Shown here piece by piece: positions 49,648 through 59,327 of a stretch of 64,000 nt of DNA. The stretch's first letter is position 1. Each line of letters starts with the position of its first letter. A model generated the notes under the pieces. It worked only from the letters and a program-made list of their open reading frames with translations. It did no database searches and was not told the origin of the DNA. Source of the stretch: a virus (lineage: Duplodnaviria > Caudoviricetes). Location: IMG/VR virus record IMGVR_UViG_3300003962_000026, positions 1 to 64,000 of that record. The stretch is one strand, 5' to 3'. The position numbers and the translations under genes were made by a program.

Positions 49648-49864
49648 TTTCTAAATGTTTTATAAGTTTCTCTAAATACCAACGACATTTACGAACATCT
49701 TCTAAACCCTTCTTATGAGGATACCTATGTAAATATTTTACAATATTACCTACACATACAGCCTCTATACCTGTTTTTCCATGAGTTACAGCTTCTATAC
49801 AATCTATAGCTTCTATTTTAGCTTGTTTATAATGCTGAGGTTCTATAGGATTGCTTTCCATCAC
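49637..49864 (-). CDS. DUF3310 (SaV-like) protein
   Basis: PQHY...IEAIDCIE...GNIVKYLHRY.HK.GLEDVRKCRWYL. Confidence 0.85.
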   Translation of the reverse strand: MMESNPIEPQHYKQAKIEAIDCIEAVTHGKTGIEAVCVGNIVKYLHRYPHKKGLEDVRKCRWYLEKLIKHLENEK

Positions 49865-49986
49865 TTCTTATGATTTTTAGTTGCTAAATTAACTATCTTT
49901 TCATATACATCCATTGGGATATGATAATAAATCTTACCTATCCACACAGATTTATATTCTTTTAACTCTTTCTTAGTCTGTTTCAT
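49861..49986 (-). CDS. Small hypothetical protein (41 aa, not in ORF track)
   Basis: Overlaps both neighbours; fills the gap. Confidence 0.4.
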   Translation of the reverse strand: MKQTKKELKEYKSVWIGKIYYHIPMDVYEKIVNLATKNHKK

Positions 49987-50557
49987 TTTCTATATATTTA
50001 TCGTAATATTTAAATACCTCCTCTAATTGTTTTTCGTCCTTTATAAAGAAACACCAATCATCTTTTGCTACTTCCTTTTCAATAACATCTATTTTAAAGG
50101 TTTTAGGTTCAAAAGGAAATGATTTAACATATTGTCTACTTCTAATCCTACTTCCATCAGGTAAGTAACCATATCCACTCCAACCATGACCTTTCTGATT
50201 TACCCAAACTATAGCATCTAAATAGTAGCATTTACCATTTCCTAGCTTAAATAGAGCACTGCATCTATTATTTTGATATAACTCCCCTTCCATACTATTT
50301 TCTGTCACATTAATCCACTCTTCCTCTATTCCCATAATAGGACAAATAGGCTTCTGTAAACATAGCTTTTGAATAGTTTGAGATATAGCACTGGCTACAT
50401 ATGGAGCTGAACCACCACTTTGCCCAGAATTACCAAACTTCTCACATAAAGCTAATATTTCAGGTATGAATTCTTCTACTACAGGTCTATTATTCTTCTC
50501 TGAAGACTTAACTAATATGTCTAATTCCCTTTCTGCAAATGTTTTTGTATAACTCAT
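49973..50557 (-). CDS. Conserved-type phage hypothetical protein (194 aa)
   Basis: FGNSGQSGGSA motif; TAATG coupling. Confidence 0.6.
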   Translation of the reverse strand: MSYTKTFAERELDILVKSSEKNNRPVVEEFIPEILALCEKFGNSGQSGGSAPYVASAISQTIQKLCLQKPICPIMGIEEEWINVTENSMEGELYQNNRCSALFKLGNGKCYYLDAIVWVNQKGHGWSGYGYLPDGSRIRSRQYVKSFPFEPKTFKIDVIEKEVAKDDWCFFIKDEKQLEEVFKYYDKYIENETD

Positions 50558-51177
50558 TATTTCCTTATTTTATCTTTTAACAATTCCCAGTCTAGCTCTT
50601 CCTCATCTGGATTAGGAGGACTATCTAATTCAGCATCATCATCTAATATCACATCCAATTCTGTCTCTATTTTCCTTCTTAATTCACTACTTTTAGTAAC
50701 TATACTGTACTCTCTGCTCTTTTCTCCTTGGTTATTAACAAAGTACTCTCTTTTAGCTATAGGTAGCATTTTACTATATTCTCCCCTCTCAAATATCTCT
50801 TTTAAACCTTTATATTTAGGGTGTATGGCAAATTCTATACAAATAGCAAGTACATCTAGGTCATATTCTAAAACATATCCAGGTTCAGTAAGATATACAT
50901 CTCTGAATCTATCCCACTTTTTAAAAGCGTCTAAACTTGGCGTAAAAAGCATAATAAGGTTGTTTTCATCATACTTTTCCATATATCCTCTATCTCTTAG
51001 ATAAATGTCTTGGAACCCAAAAAAGAGAAAAACTTCAAAAGCACTATTCCACCTTCTTATATCTATCTTCATATATTTTGAGGGAGAAAGACATAAACTA
51101 GGCATCATGAATAAAGTAGTTCTATTATTCTTTCTATTCATCATTTGTAAATCTCTTATACTCTTTGTAATGTTCAT
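50557..51177 (-). CDS. Hypothetical protein, crAss-like (about 195-206 aa)
   Basis: TTLFMMP...GF..IY..D...LF.P...GEYSK pattern; start probably near 51144. Confidence 0.55.
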   Translation of the reverse strand: MNITKSIRDLQMMNRKNNRTTLFMMPSLCLSPSKYMKIDIRRWNSAFEVFLFFGFQDIYLRDRGYMEKYDENNLIMLFTPSLDAFKKWDRFRDVYLTEPGYVLEYDLDVLAICIEFAIHPKYKGLKEIFERGEYSKMLPIAKREYFVNNQGEKSREYSIVTKSSELRRKIETELDVILDDDAELDSPPNPDEEELDWELLKDKIRK

Positions 51178-52216
51178 AACAAAACCCTAAGCCCCAATGT
51201 TTTTTATTACATTTTTTACATTTATCTGTAATTATTGTTTTAACTGTATCCATTTTATTCTTTTTTCTTATTAGAAATAAATCTTCACAATCTTCATATA
51301 ACCATTTTCTTATTTTAGATATTTGATAGTTACCTCCCCATCTTATAGTTACTATGCCATCGCTGTAATTTTTTAAAATCATTGTTTTATTGTTATGTAA
51401 ATTACACTTTTTAATTAATATATGTTTTATACTGTCTAATAAATCAATATATCCTGTAATAGAAAACACTGGTTGATTATTAAAATTTGAAAATGTTATA
51501 CATCCATCTCCATCAAACACTCCTCGTATAAAATGGCTATGAAACTCTTCTGGGATGTTTGGAAAACAGGCATGATAAGTTTTATTTCTGTCAACACCTA
51601 ACTTAGCAATAGATTTAGCTAATTTAATAGAAGTTAGACTTAAACGATATTGAACTTTATGGGTAGATTTCTTTGGAATAACTTTACGTAAATTACCCAA
51701 GTAACCAATTTCCTTTGCAAGTTTCTCTAAAATATATCTATCTTCTTCCTGTAATGATATAACTAAAGATTTACCACTATTAGAGCCATCAGCCATTAAA
51801 AGTCCTAAAAAATAAGCTTTAGATGTACTGTTTATAATACTGAAGTAATCTTCATTAAAGAAGAATTTTCTAGGAGTGCGTTCTTTTATTACAATCTTAT
51901 TTTGCGTTAATACCATTTTTACACTACCTTGGTTGCTACCAACAATTCTAGCTACTTCTCTCACAGATATATCTTCTTCTAAATAAAGCCTAACTATTTC
52001 GGCCCTTATTTTATCAGGTATTTTGTCATAATCTTTGAATTTTTTTATTATAACACCCCCCAATCTGAGAATTCTTAAAATAGAGGTAGGTGTACATTTA
52101 TATTTTTTTGAAAGAAAAATAGAGCTTTTTCCACTTAAATATAAAGTTTTTATATCTTCCTTATATTGATTAAGTCTACTGTATCTACGAATTACATTAT
52201 TAGAAGCTCTTTTCAT
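51134..52216 (-). mobile_element. LAGLIDADG homing endonuclease (paralogue of 45958-46857)
   Basis: YFLGLLMADG and FIRGVFDGDG; two N-terminal HTH-like repeats; C-terminal CKKC..HWGLGFCYEHY. Confidence 0.88.
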
Positions 52217-52431
52217 TAAAAAAGACTAGGTTGTATAAAAATTTTATATTTGACCAATAATAATAACATCTCAGGATGGATTAAAATATCATTATTGCAA
52301 AGTATAATAACGTTTTGTTCAGCAATATATCTAGCCTCATTACCAAAATTACTCTTTAATATCTCCTTAATCTCTTGTTTATCCTTTCCATTAGGCTTCC
52401 TTGAAGCTGTTTTCTCATCATTTATATTCAT
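52216..52431 (-). CDS. Hypothetical protein (71 aa)
   Basis: Coupled small ORF. Confidence 0.5.
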   Translation of the reverse strand: MNINDEKTASRKPNGKDKQEIKEILKSNFGNEARYIAEQNVIILCNNDILIHPEMLLLLVKYKIFIQPSLF

Positions 52432-52622
52432 ACTATTTCAATGTTAAATTGTTTAGCAATTTCTAATACTTCATTTGGAATTTCATCTCCAGTTTCAAGA
52501 TTTATTAATCTTATTTTACCAGCTTGTTTTGATATTATAAGTTTCATAATATCCCTCAATGCCTTATTTTCTTCAAATAATTGCTTCTCGTATTCTGTCA
52601 TAAACTTCTTATTTTTATTCAT
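52428..52622 (-). CDS. Hypothetical protein (64 aa)
   Basis: Coupled small ORF. Confidence 0.5.
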   Translation of the reverse strand: MNKNKKFMTEYEKQLFEENKALRDIMKLIISKQAGKIRLINLETGDEIPNEVLEIAKQFNIEIV

Positions 52623-52845
52623 TTTCTATCAATTTAACTTTATAAGTATATCCTCTCCTATCATAAAATCCTAAACTAAGATAAAACAATACAACCATAT
52701 ACCAAGGATGTTGTTTAGGTAATGATAGAACTCTTAAATTTTTACTACCACAGTAGGTTAAAACATCATTTCTTTTGACAAATCCATCTGCATCTTCACT
52801 TAACTTTAGTTCAAATGGCTTATTATCTAGCTCTGGTTTATTCAT
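52615..52845 (-). CDS. Hypothetical protein (76 aa)
   Basis: TAATG coupling to recA. Confidence 0.5.
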   Translation of the reverse strand: MNKPELDNKPFELKLSEDADGFVKRNDVLTYCGSKNLRVLSLPKQHPWYMVVLFYLSLGFYDRRGYTYKVKLIENE

Positions 52846-53864
52846 TATACCTCTTTTAAACCTTCTAATACTTTTATCTTTATCTCCTCCAGTAAATCTG
52901 GATTATCCTTAAGGAAGTTATCTAATTGCTTTTCTCCTACTCCTAACTTAACGTCTCCGTAGCTATAAGTATTACCTTGTTTGGTGATTAAACCTTGTTC
53001 TATAGCTAGATTAGTTATTTCATATTGAGGAACTACTCCTTTACCAAATTCTACGTAATATTCAGCAGTCAAATATGGATTTGAAAATTTATTCTTAGTT
53101 ACCTTAGCTTTTACTACTATACCATGTACACCATCATTATCTTTATCTAAGGACTTAGATAGTTCTATTTTCATTGCCGTGTAATACTTTAAGCTTTCTC
53201 CACCACTCTCGACATAAGGATTACCATAGCCACCGATATTAATTCTGTACTGATTTAACAGTACCAATCCACAGTCTGACCTCAATAATTTAGCTGTAAT
53301 AAGTCTAAATCCCTGACTTAACATCCTGCTTAATTTACCTATACCAGCAGTATCAGCTCCCTGAAACTCACTTTTAGGAGTTAAAGCAGCTATACTATCT
53401 ACTCCTATAACTCCAAACTCATTAGTTTCTATAAGCTCTGCACAAATATTCAGCCATTCCTCACCACTTATTTCTTCAGCTTTTAACTTGCTTGCGTTAA
53501 TTATATATAAATTGTTTAAATCTACCCCTATATTTCCAGCATATTTCAAATCTAATGTACCTTCTATATCTAAAAATGCACAAGGTTTACCACTCTTTTT
53601 CTGTTCTTCTCTAATTATATGTAGTAGTAAAGTAGTCTTACTTGCCTGATTCAAACCTACTATTTGAGTTATTTTACCACCTTTTGGTATACCCCCTATC
53701 CCAGTGGCTAAGTCTAAAGTTAAACTACCAGTACTAGTAACTTCTGTAACTGTATCAAAAGTATCTGCTTTAACTATACTACCCTTTCCAAACCTCTCCT
53801 CTAAAGCTTGCATTTTTTCTAAAAATTCACTGTTTTCTTCTGTTTTTGCCTGTTTCTTTGCCAT
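52845..53864 (-). CDS. recA: RecA recombinase
   Basis: STGSLTLDLATGIGGIPKG, variant P-loop GLNQASKTT, AFLDIEGTLD, VDSIAAL, LNQYR, GGESLKYY, KVTKNK. Confidence 0.95.
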   Translation of the reverse strand: MAKKQAKTEENSEFLEKMQALEERFGKGSIVKADTFDTVTEVTSTGSLTLDLATGIGGIPKGGKITQIVGLNQASKTTLLLHIIREEQKKSGKPCAFLDIEGTLDLKYAGNIGVDLNNLYIINASKLKAEEISGEEWLNICAELIETNEFGVIGVDSIAALTPKSEFQGADTAGIGKLSRMLSQGFRLITAKLLRSDCGLVLLNQYRINIGGYGNPYVESGGESLKYYTAMKIELSKSLDKDNDGVHGIVVKAKVTKNKFSNPYLTAEYYVEFGKGVVPQYEITNLAIEQGLITKQGNTYSYGDVKLGVGEKQLDNFLKDNPDLLEEIKIKVLEGLKEV

Positions 53865-53884
53865 TTATATCTTTATTTAGTCTA

Positions 53885-53916
53885 CAAATATAAAGAAAAG
53901 GAGACTCTTTTACAAA
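53885..53916 (-). promoter_or_regulatory. Bacteroidota consensus promoter upstream of recA
   Basis: TTTG-N20-TATATTTG, exact match to TTTG-N19-21-TAnnTTTG. Confidence 0.7.
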
Positions 53917-53926
53917 TCTCCTTTTC
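53895..53926 (-). terminator. Intrinsic terminator after vWA gene, overlapping the recA promoter
   Basis: GAAAAGGAGA / TCTCCTTTTC inverted repeat. Confidence 0.6.
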
Positions 53927-53950
53927 CTATACCCTTTTTATTTTTGTTAA

Positions 53951-54700
53951 TTAATCGTTACTAAAGAATCCATCATTTTTAACTACTCCTGTACTTACGT
54001 AGCTTGTAGACCTCACTGACCTGGCTCTTGTTATATTCTTAAATACATTCTGAGTTCCAATATCAGTAGCCATATAATTCATTGAGTTTGAAGCAAATAT
54101 ACCAATACTATCAGCTACAGCTTTAACAGACTTCTCACTACCAGAACCTATATAATTAATAGTCCAGTTATATACAGTTTTCATTTTCTCAATAAGATTC
54201 TTTATATCTTGTTGATTGTAATTTCTTGAGTTATTCTCCTCACCATCTGTAAGTATGGATATAGTAACACTAATATCTTTATTATCTATGTTATCTCCAA
54301 GATATTCTGTCATTTGATGAATACCATGACCAATAGCATCGTATAAAGCTGTCATTCCACCAGGTCTATAATTATAGTCATTTAAAGTACCTACTTCTAC
54401 GCAAGGAGTATTAAGATACGTATCTTTTATAGTTCCATAGCTACTGAATTCAATTAAAGAACAATAAGAGGGAACTTTAGTATCTTCATAAACCTTTTTA
54501 ATACCACCTATAAGCTCATTAAAGCCATTCATAGTAGCTTGTTTAATACTATTCATAGAGCTACTTTTATCTAAGATAAACATATCATAGATAGCCAGGT
54601 TCTTATTTGTTGCCTTCTTTACCTTCTTTTTTACTGTAGTTTTCTTACCTTTTGAAGTAAATCTACCATTCTTATCTCTTACGTTATAATAATTTTCCAT
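53951..54700 (-). CDS. von Willebrand factor A domain protein
   Basis: MIDAS DKSSSM, PGGMTALYDAIG, ILTDGEEN. Confidence 0.85.
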   Translation of the reverse strand: MENYYNVRDKNGRFTSKGKKTTVKKKVKKATNKNLAIYDMFILDKSSSMNSIKQATMNGFNELIGGIKKVYEDTKVPSYCSLIEFSSYGTIKDTYLNTPCVEVGTLNDYNYRPGGMTALYDAIGHGIHQMTEYLGDNIDNKDISVTISILTDGEENNSRNYNQQDIKNLIEKMKTVYNWTINYIGSGSEKSVKAVADSIGIFASNSMNYMATDIGTQNVFKNITRARSVRSTSYVSTGVVKNDGFFSND

Positions 54701-54708
54701 TGTTTTTA

Positions 54709-55149
54709 TTATTTTTTAAGTGTATATTTAATCCCTTTAGATATAACCATATTTAAAGTTCTATGGTCTACTTGTCGCATTGGATGTCCTGAAGTAACTT
54801 TTAAGTCATAAACATTACTTCTACCCATCTTAGGTTCTGAGCCTACTAAATGACCTACTATAGTTCTATCAGCACCATCAGCTTTCACAAAGTCTGCTGT
54901 AAATACAGAATCTCCTACATTTTCAAGTACTTCTACCATTTCTGTACGTGAAACTTTCTTTACTTCATCAAATTGAGAAGCACTCTTCAAACTCTTTTCA
55001 ATCAAATCCTTACCCCGCATAGTAAAATTATTACCAAACTGGTCTTTTACCTGAATTTCTCCAGCTCCCTCATTCTTTCCTGTAACTGTAAGATAATAAG
55101 TCCCACTTAATACTTCCCCTACTGCAATCTTTTTAAATTCTGTTGTCAT
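54709..55149 (-). CDS. Hypothetical protein (146 aa)
   Basis: Downstream of a consensus promoter; F.K.DG..R motif. Confidence 0.6.
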   Translation of the reverse strand: MTTEFKKIAVGEVLSGTYYLTVTGKNEGAGEIQVKDQFGNNFTMRGKDLIEKSLKSASQFDEVKKVSRTEMVEVLENVGDSVFTADFVKADGADRTIVGHLVGSEPKMGRSNVYDLKVTSGHPMRQVDHRTLNMVISKGIKYTLKK

Positions 55150-55172
55150 TTTTTATTGTTTTAATTTGTTTA

Positions 55173-55203
55173 CAAATATAACTAATTAGTCTTTAATTTC
55201 AAA
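55173..55203 (-). promoter_or_regulatory. Bacteroidota consensus promoter
   Basis: TTTG-N19-TATATTTG. Confidence 0.7.
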
Positions 55204-55256
55204 ATAGAATATGCAAGTCTACATTTCTCTTTTGCTACTTTAGAATCATTTTTCCT
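55182..55256 (-). pseudogene. Stranded relic 3' end of the 5'-3' exonuclease gene
   Basis: RKNDSKVAKEKCRLAYSILKLKTN* aligns without gaps to exonuclease QYNGQEVAKDLLKKTYKLLKLHNI. Confidence 0.55.
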
Positions 55257-55814
55257 TTAAAAATTCCAAGCTTTCCCCGTTAGAATTTTCCATATATGTC
55301 TATAGTCTACATTATATAAACTGGCTATCTTTGAACTTTTCATTCCATTCTTACTTAATTGTTTTATTTCTTCCACTTTTATGAAGTCTAACTTCACTCT
55401 ACTAGATGGGTGTTTATTTTTAAATGTATGTCTTGTATTCTCAATTTTTGTACTCCACTCCAAATTCCAGTCATTGTTATTTGTCTTGTTGCCATCAATG
55501 TGATTAACTTCTGGTTTATTCTCAGGGTTTGGAATAAATGCTTGAGCTACTAATCTGTGAACTTTGTAACTATATAATTTACCTTTATTGTTGGTTATAG
55601 TTGTTAATATATAACCATTCACTTTATCAAAACGTAATTTTCTTATTATTTCTTTGGTAATAAACCAAAAATTATGGTAATTATTAAATTTTTTACGAGG
55701 GAGAGCTTTTAATCTACCTTTATTGCTTATTTGATACAAATTTTCATATCCTTCAATATCTTTCCAGATTTCCCCCTCAATATTTTTAAGGCTTACATTT
55801 TTCCAATATTCCAT
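55257..55814 (-). mobile_element. NUMOD4-HNH homing endonuclease
   Basis: EIWKDIEGYE.LYQISNKGR (NUMOD4); HRLVAQAFIPNP...VNHIDGNKTNN...NLEW. Confidence 0.92.
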
Positions 55815-55931
55815 AAAATAAAAAAGGTCTCAAACTCAAGTGTTTATGTAGTTATCCTGCGATAATACCTTGAGAATGAGACCAATAAGTTGTAAATAGT
55901 AAAGAATAACCACATAAACAGTACAAATATA
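55815..55931 (-). promoter_or_regulatory. Promoter plus A-B-A'-B' structured leader of the HNH gene
   Basis: TATATTTG at 55931-55924; A 55919-55906 pairs with A' 55855-55842; B 55883-55869 pairs with B' 55840-55826. Confidence 0.65.
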
Positions 55932-55936
55932 CTAAA

Positions 55937-56740
55937 TTATTTGATATCTAGGTTGTCATAAAAGTCAATTTCTTCTATATTATGTAATTTTAGTAATTTA
56001 TAAGTCTTTTTAAGTAAATCTTTAGCAACTTCTTGTCCATTATATTGGATATACGTTTCATAAATTCTTCTTACAAATTGATAGTTACTCATACCTAAAG
56101 ACACAATTTTAGAAGCTTTCTTTGGCCCTAGACCCTTATTTACTTTAACATTATCGCCAGCGTCCCCTGTAAGAACCTTCAAAGCTAGATGTAAACGACT
56201 TTCATCCTCTGTCATATAAGACCATTCCTGCTTTACGTAGTTATAATGAATTCCGGGAATGCTTTTTAAGTCTTCATCTATACCACATATAATGGCTTCA
56301 AAATTAAGCTTTTTACTTATAGTATAGATTACATCATCTGCTTCTCCTATGGGTGCTTCATAAGCATAATGGTGATTAACTAGATAGTTATGCAGGTGTC
56401 CTACTATAGGTAAAGGTTCTTCTCTATTCTGCTTATATGTCTCCAGAATCTTCTTTCTAAAGTTGTTTTTACCCTTAACACACATGAAAATACCAGATAT
56501 ATCATAGTGCTCCTCTATAGCGTTAAGAATCTTAAATACCCATTCAGTTACTATACCCTCAGCTATTCCATACTCAGTTTCTGTATATTCAGGTTTCTTA
56601 TTACCTTCTTCATCCTTACCTGTATAAGCACAAATGAAGGAAAGGCTATCTGCGTCAATAATAACAACCTTTCCCTCTTTTTGCTCTTTATTCTGAGGAG
56701 GATTAAAGCTACTTCTCTTATAATCTGACCTACTTGCCAT
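55937..56740 (-). CDS. 5'-3' exonuclease / RNase H (FEN/T7 gp6-like)
   Basis: IIDADSL, KGKNNFRK...YKQNR, EADD, DEDL, GDAGDN, GLGPKKA. Confidence 0.88.
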   Translation of the reverse strand: MASRSDYKRSSFNPPQNKEQKEGKVVIIDADSLSFICAYTGKDEEGNKKPEYTETEYGIAEGIVTEWVFKILNAIEEHYDISGIFMCVKGKNNFRKKILETYKQNREEPLPIVGHLHNYLVNHHYAYEAPIGEADDVIYTISKKLNFEAIICGIDEDLKSIPGIHYNYVKQEWSYMTEDESRLHLALKVLTGDAGDNVKVNKGLGPKKASKIVSLGMSNYQFVRRIYETYIQYNGQEVAKDLLKKTYKLLKLHNIEEIDFYDNLDIK

Positions 56741-56874
56741 TATGTTCTTACTATAACAATTTTAATAAAAAGGAATGCATATCTAGTTCTTTTGAACCCC
56801 GGAATGTCAAATTCATTATCTATAAAAGGTATCAAATTCCATGTTAATGGTGTTATTTCTAATCTTATTTTCAT
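56740..56874 (-). CDS. Small hypothetical protein (44 aa, not in ORF track)
   Basis: TAATG coupling to the exonuclease. Confidence 0.4.
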   Translation of the reverse strand: MKIRLEITPLTWNLIPFIDNEFDIPGFKRTRYAFLFIKIVIVRT

Positions 56875-56877
56875 ATT

Positions 56878-57054
56878 TTAATCATTTAAACAGTCATTTA
56901 TAATTTTATTCTGTAGCCTATAGAAGTAATCCTTTTCTACCAAAGATACACTTCCATCTTCTTCTACCTGGTTATAGTAGGGAGTTTCCCTGAATTCATT
57001 CTTAAGACATACTATAATTTGTTCTGCTAATGCTTTCTTTTCCAGTTCTGTCAT
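56878..57054 (-). CDS. Small hypothetical protein (58 aa, not in ORF track)
   Basis: MTELEKKALAEQ...; fills gap. Confidence 0.45.
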   Translation of the reverse strand: MTELEKKALAEQIIVCLKNEFRETPYYNQVEEDGSVSLVEKDYFYRLQNKIINDCLND

Positions 57055-57060
57055 ATTTTT

Positions 57061-57276
57061 CTAACATTTAATTTCTTCTATTTCTCTATCTATATCTTTA
57101 ATTTTCTTCTCTATATCCTTCTTAGCCATTTGGATATACTTCTCATTTGTATCTTTAGATACTCCTTCTAATTCTATATTATACCTATGTGATAACTGTA
57201 GTACTTCAAGATTATCAGTATATCCAGACCTTAACTTAAGTAAATCAGCTACCTTTTCTGCTATTTCTTTCTTCAT
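57061..57276 (-). CDS. Hypothetical coiled-coil protein (71 aa)
   Basis: ATGA coupling. Confidence 0.5.
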   Translation of the reverse strand: MKKEIAEKVADLLKLRSGYTDNLEVLQLSHRYNIELEGVSKDTNEKYIQMAKKDIEKKIKDIDREIEEIKC

Positions 57277-57461
57277 TCCTTATCTTTTAAAAATCCTTCA
57301 ATTTTACCTGATTCAAATTGAGCCCTTACTTCAGTATGAAAATCTTCATAAACAGCTTCATCTATAAACTTCTTTACCCCTATTAATAATTCTTTAGCCC
57401 TTTTATAATTATTAATCAGAGCTATAATTTCTGGATTATCTGTATACAATATTATACTCAT
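57273..57461 (-). CDS. Hypothetical protein (62 aa)
   Basis: ATGA coupling. Confidence 0.5.
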   Translation of the reverse strand: MSIILYTDNPEIIALINNYKRAKELLIGVKKFIDEAVYEDFHTEVRAQFESGKIEGFLKDKE

Positions 57462-57610
57462 TTTTCTATTGTTTTTAGAAACTGTTCTACCTGTCTATTA
57501 TTCTGTACATCTTTTAATAGCTCTATAGCTTTAGGATAGTAAACTTTAACTATTTTCTCTTCTAACTCCTTCTTTTCCTGTATTTTGCTCCAACTCTTAG
57601 GATAATCCAT
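57458..57610 (-). CDS. Small hypothetical protein (50 aa, not in ORF track)
   Basis: MDYPKSWSKIQEKK...; overlaps both neighbours. Confidence 0.45.
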   Translation of the reverse strand: MDYPKSWSKIQEKKELEEKIVKVYYPKAIELLKDVQNNRQVEQFLKTIEK

Positions 57611-58013
57611 AACTTTCTAATATTTCTTTCTCGCGACTAATAATTTCGTCCTCTAGTACACTTCGATATAATGGGGATATACCTATCTGGGTTTGTAATA
57701 TAGCATAAATATGGTCAATATCCAAGTCCTTTATAAGAACATACTGGGTTTCAGGTAATCTGTTACCTTCTTTATCATAATTCTTTCCCCATTCCATTAC
57801 AGCTCTTCGCGTTTCATGTTTACCGTCATCGTAAACTGTTAAATCTTCATAAGGTATAGTATTTACACTTCTTCTGAAATACATATCATTACCACCATCT
57901 GTCATGTATACCTCTCCATTTTTATCTGTGTGTATCTGGAAATCATGTCTATACCTTGAGTGTAAAACTGTACCATCTGGAGTTCTTATACTATTACGTA
58001 AAACTTTTCTCAT
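57597..58013 (-). CDS. Conserved-type phage hypothetical protein (138 aa)
   Basis: N.I.TPDG..L.S..RHD...H.D.NG..Y..DGG motif. Confidence 0.6.
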   Translation of the reverse strand: MRKVLRNSIRTPDGTVLHSRYRHDFQIHTDKNGEVYMTDGGNDMYFRRSVNTIPYEDLTVYDDGKHETRRAVMEWGKNYDKEGNRLPETQYVLIKDLDIDHIYAILQTQIGISPLYRSVLEDEIISREKEILESYGLS

Positions 58014-58591
58014 ATTGCTAAATATTGTTCTAAACTTCTTGTTTTGAAATTAAACTTTCTATCCTTTCCTTTACTAGTTTTGAGTAAGGTTTTTGGCATA
58101 AAAGTCTTTGAAAATAAGTCATCATTCTTAACTACCTGACAAAATATCCCATACTTTGCCCAAAGCCATTTAATATTTAAAGTTGCTAACCTTGTCATAT
58201 TGTTAAAGTCAAATGAAGGTTTTGATTCTATATAGCTGATTCCCAATTCATTACAGATAAAATAGTTATTCCACTTATATCCAAATTGGGTACAGAATTT
58301 TTTAACCCCTTTATCCTCCCAATGAATTTCAAAGTCCAAATTAAAACTGTGCCCGTGTAATATAGTCTCTGTTTTTGGTCTACTTTTAGTTTTGAGTTGT
58401 TCTACATAATTATTAACCAAACTATCACTTAATAAGTAGCTTTGACCTCTTTTGAATTCTTTTATAAACCCATTATCTTTCAATTCCTGCCAATAATGGC
58501 ACATATAAATTTCTCCGGGTGAATCGCAAGGTATCTGGTTAAAATATACAGGCTCCCTAGTTTTTGGTTTATTCTTTTTTTTTGATTTCAT
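58010..58591 (-). CDS. PD-(D/E)XK nuclease (possible resolvase)
   Basis: SFNLDFEI...YIESKP catalytic pattern; DSPGE helix. Confidence 0.6.
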   Translation of the reverse strand: MKSKKKNKPKTREPVYFNQIPCDSPGEIYMCHYWQELKDNGFIKEFKRGQSYLLSDSLVNNYVEQLKTKSRPKTETILHGHSFNLDFEIHWEDKGVKKFCTQFGYKWNNYFICNELGISYIESKPSFDFNNMTRLATLNIKWLWAKYGIFCQVVKNDDLFSKTFMPKTLLKTSKGKDRKFNFKTRSLEQYLAI

Positions 58592-58592
58592 C

Positions 58593-59327
58593 TTATTTTC
58601 TTTTTAATTCCCATCTGAACCCACCAGCAACTCTAAAGGGGTATTTTGGATTATAGCTATTTTGTATTTTTTTAAGGTCTATGTTTAATTCATCGCTGGC
58701 TAATCTGGCAGATTCCCATTCTTTTATAAAATTTCCGTCTAAATCTTTTTGAATCACTTTATTAGAATTTGATAATGATACTTTTTTATTATGTTCTTCA
58801 GATTTAGGTTTACCTTTAAGAGGACTGGGTAAATTTTTTCTTTTAGATGGTTTTCTTGGAAAAGTTAATTTTACACTATCTGATATTTTCTTTCTTGTTT
58901 CATCTGAATGAATTTTACCAGTCATTGGATTTATATACCCTTCTTGATATTTTCTTTTTTGTACTTCTTTTTGAAGATTTATGGTTTCTTGTGACATACC
59001 AGGATTAAGATATGGGCCTGTAGGTGCTATATTATACCCATATTCCCTATTATGTGTATTTAGCATATTCGCCCACCAATTTTCCATTGATGGTAAAAAC
59101 TCTCTTTCATATTCTTCTAATATTTCAAATTCAAAATTTTTGTCACCATACTTATTAAAAGAGTTTTGAAGATATTTATTACTGTGCGAATTATTTAATA
59201 GTTGTCTTCTATGCTCATACATTCTACTAATTGCATTTGCTGAATAACCTACTATTGCCTTTTTATCTATAGCATTACTTATAATATAGATTGCTGAAAC
59301 ATCATTTTTAAGTCTTCTTCTACCCAT
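58593..59327 (-). mobile_element. GIY-YIG homing endonuclease with NUMOD3/NUMOD1 tails
   Basis: AIY..SN...IVGYS...R..EH...H.N..LQ.SFNKYG..NFEFEILE, E, GYN; HSDETRKKIS and VIQKDLDGNFIKEWES. Confidence 0.88.

Noticed and set aside
57055-57063. TAG-AAA-AAT-ATG in-frame junction suggesting fusion of two small ORFs
   Set aside because: A one-in-three chance of being in frame; both ORFs look complete, and no motif spans the junction
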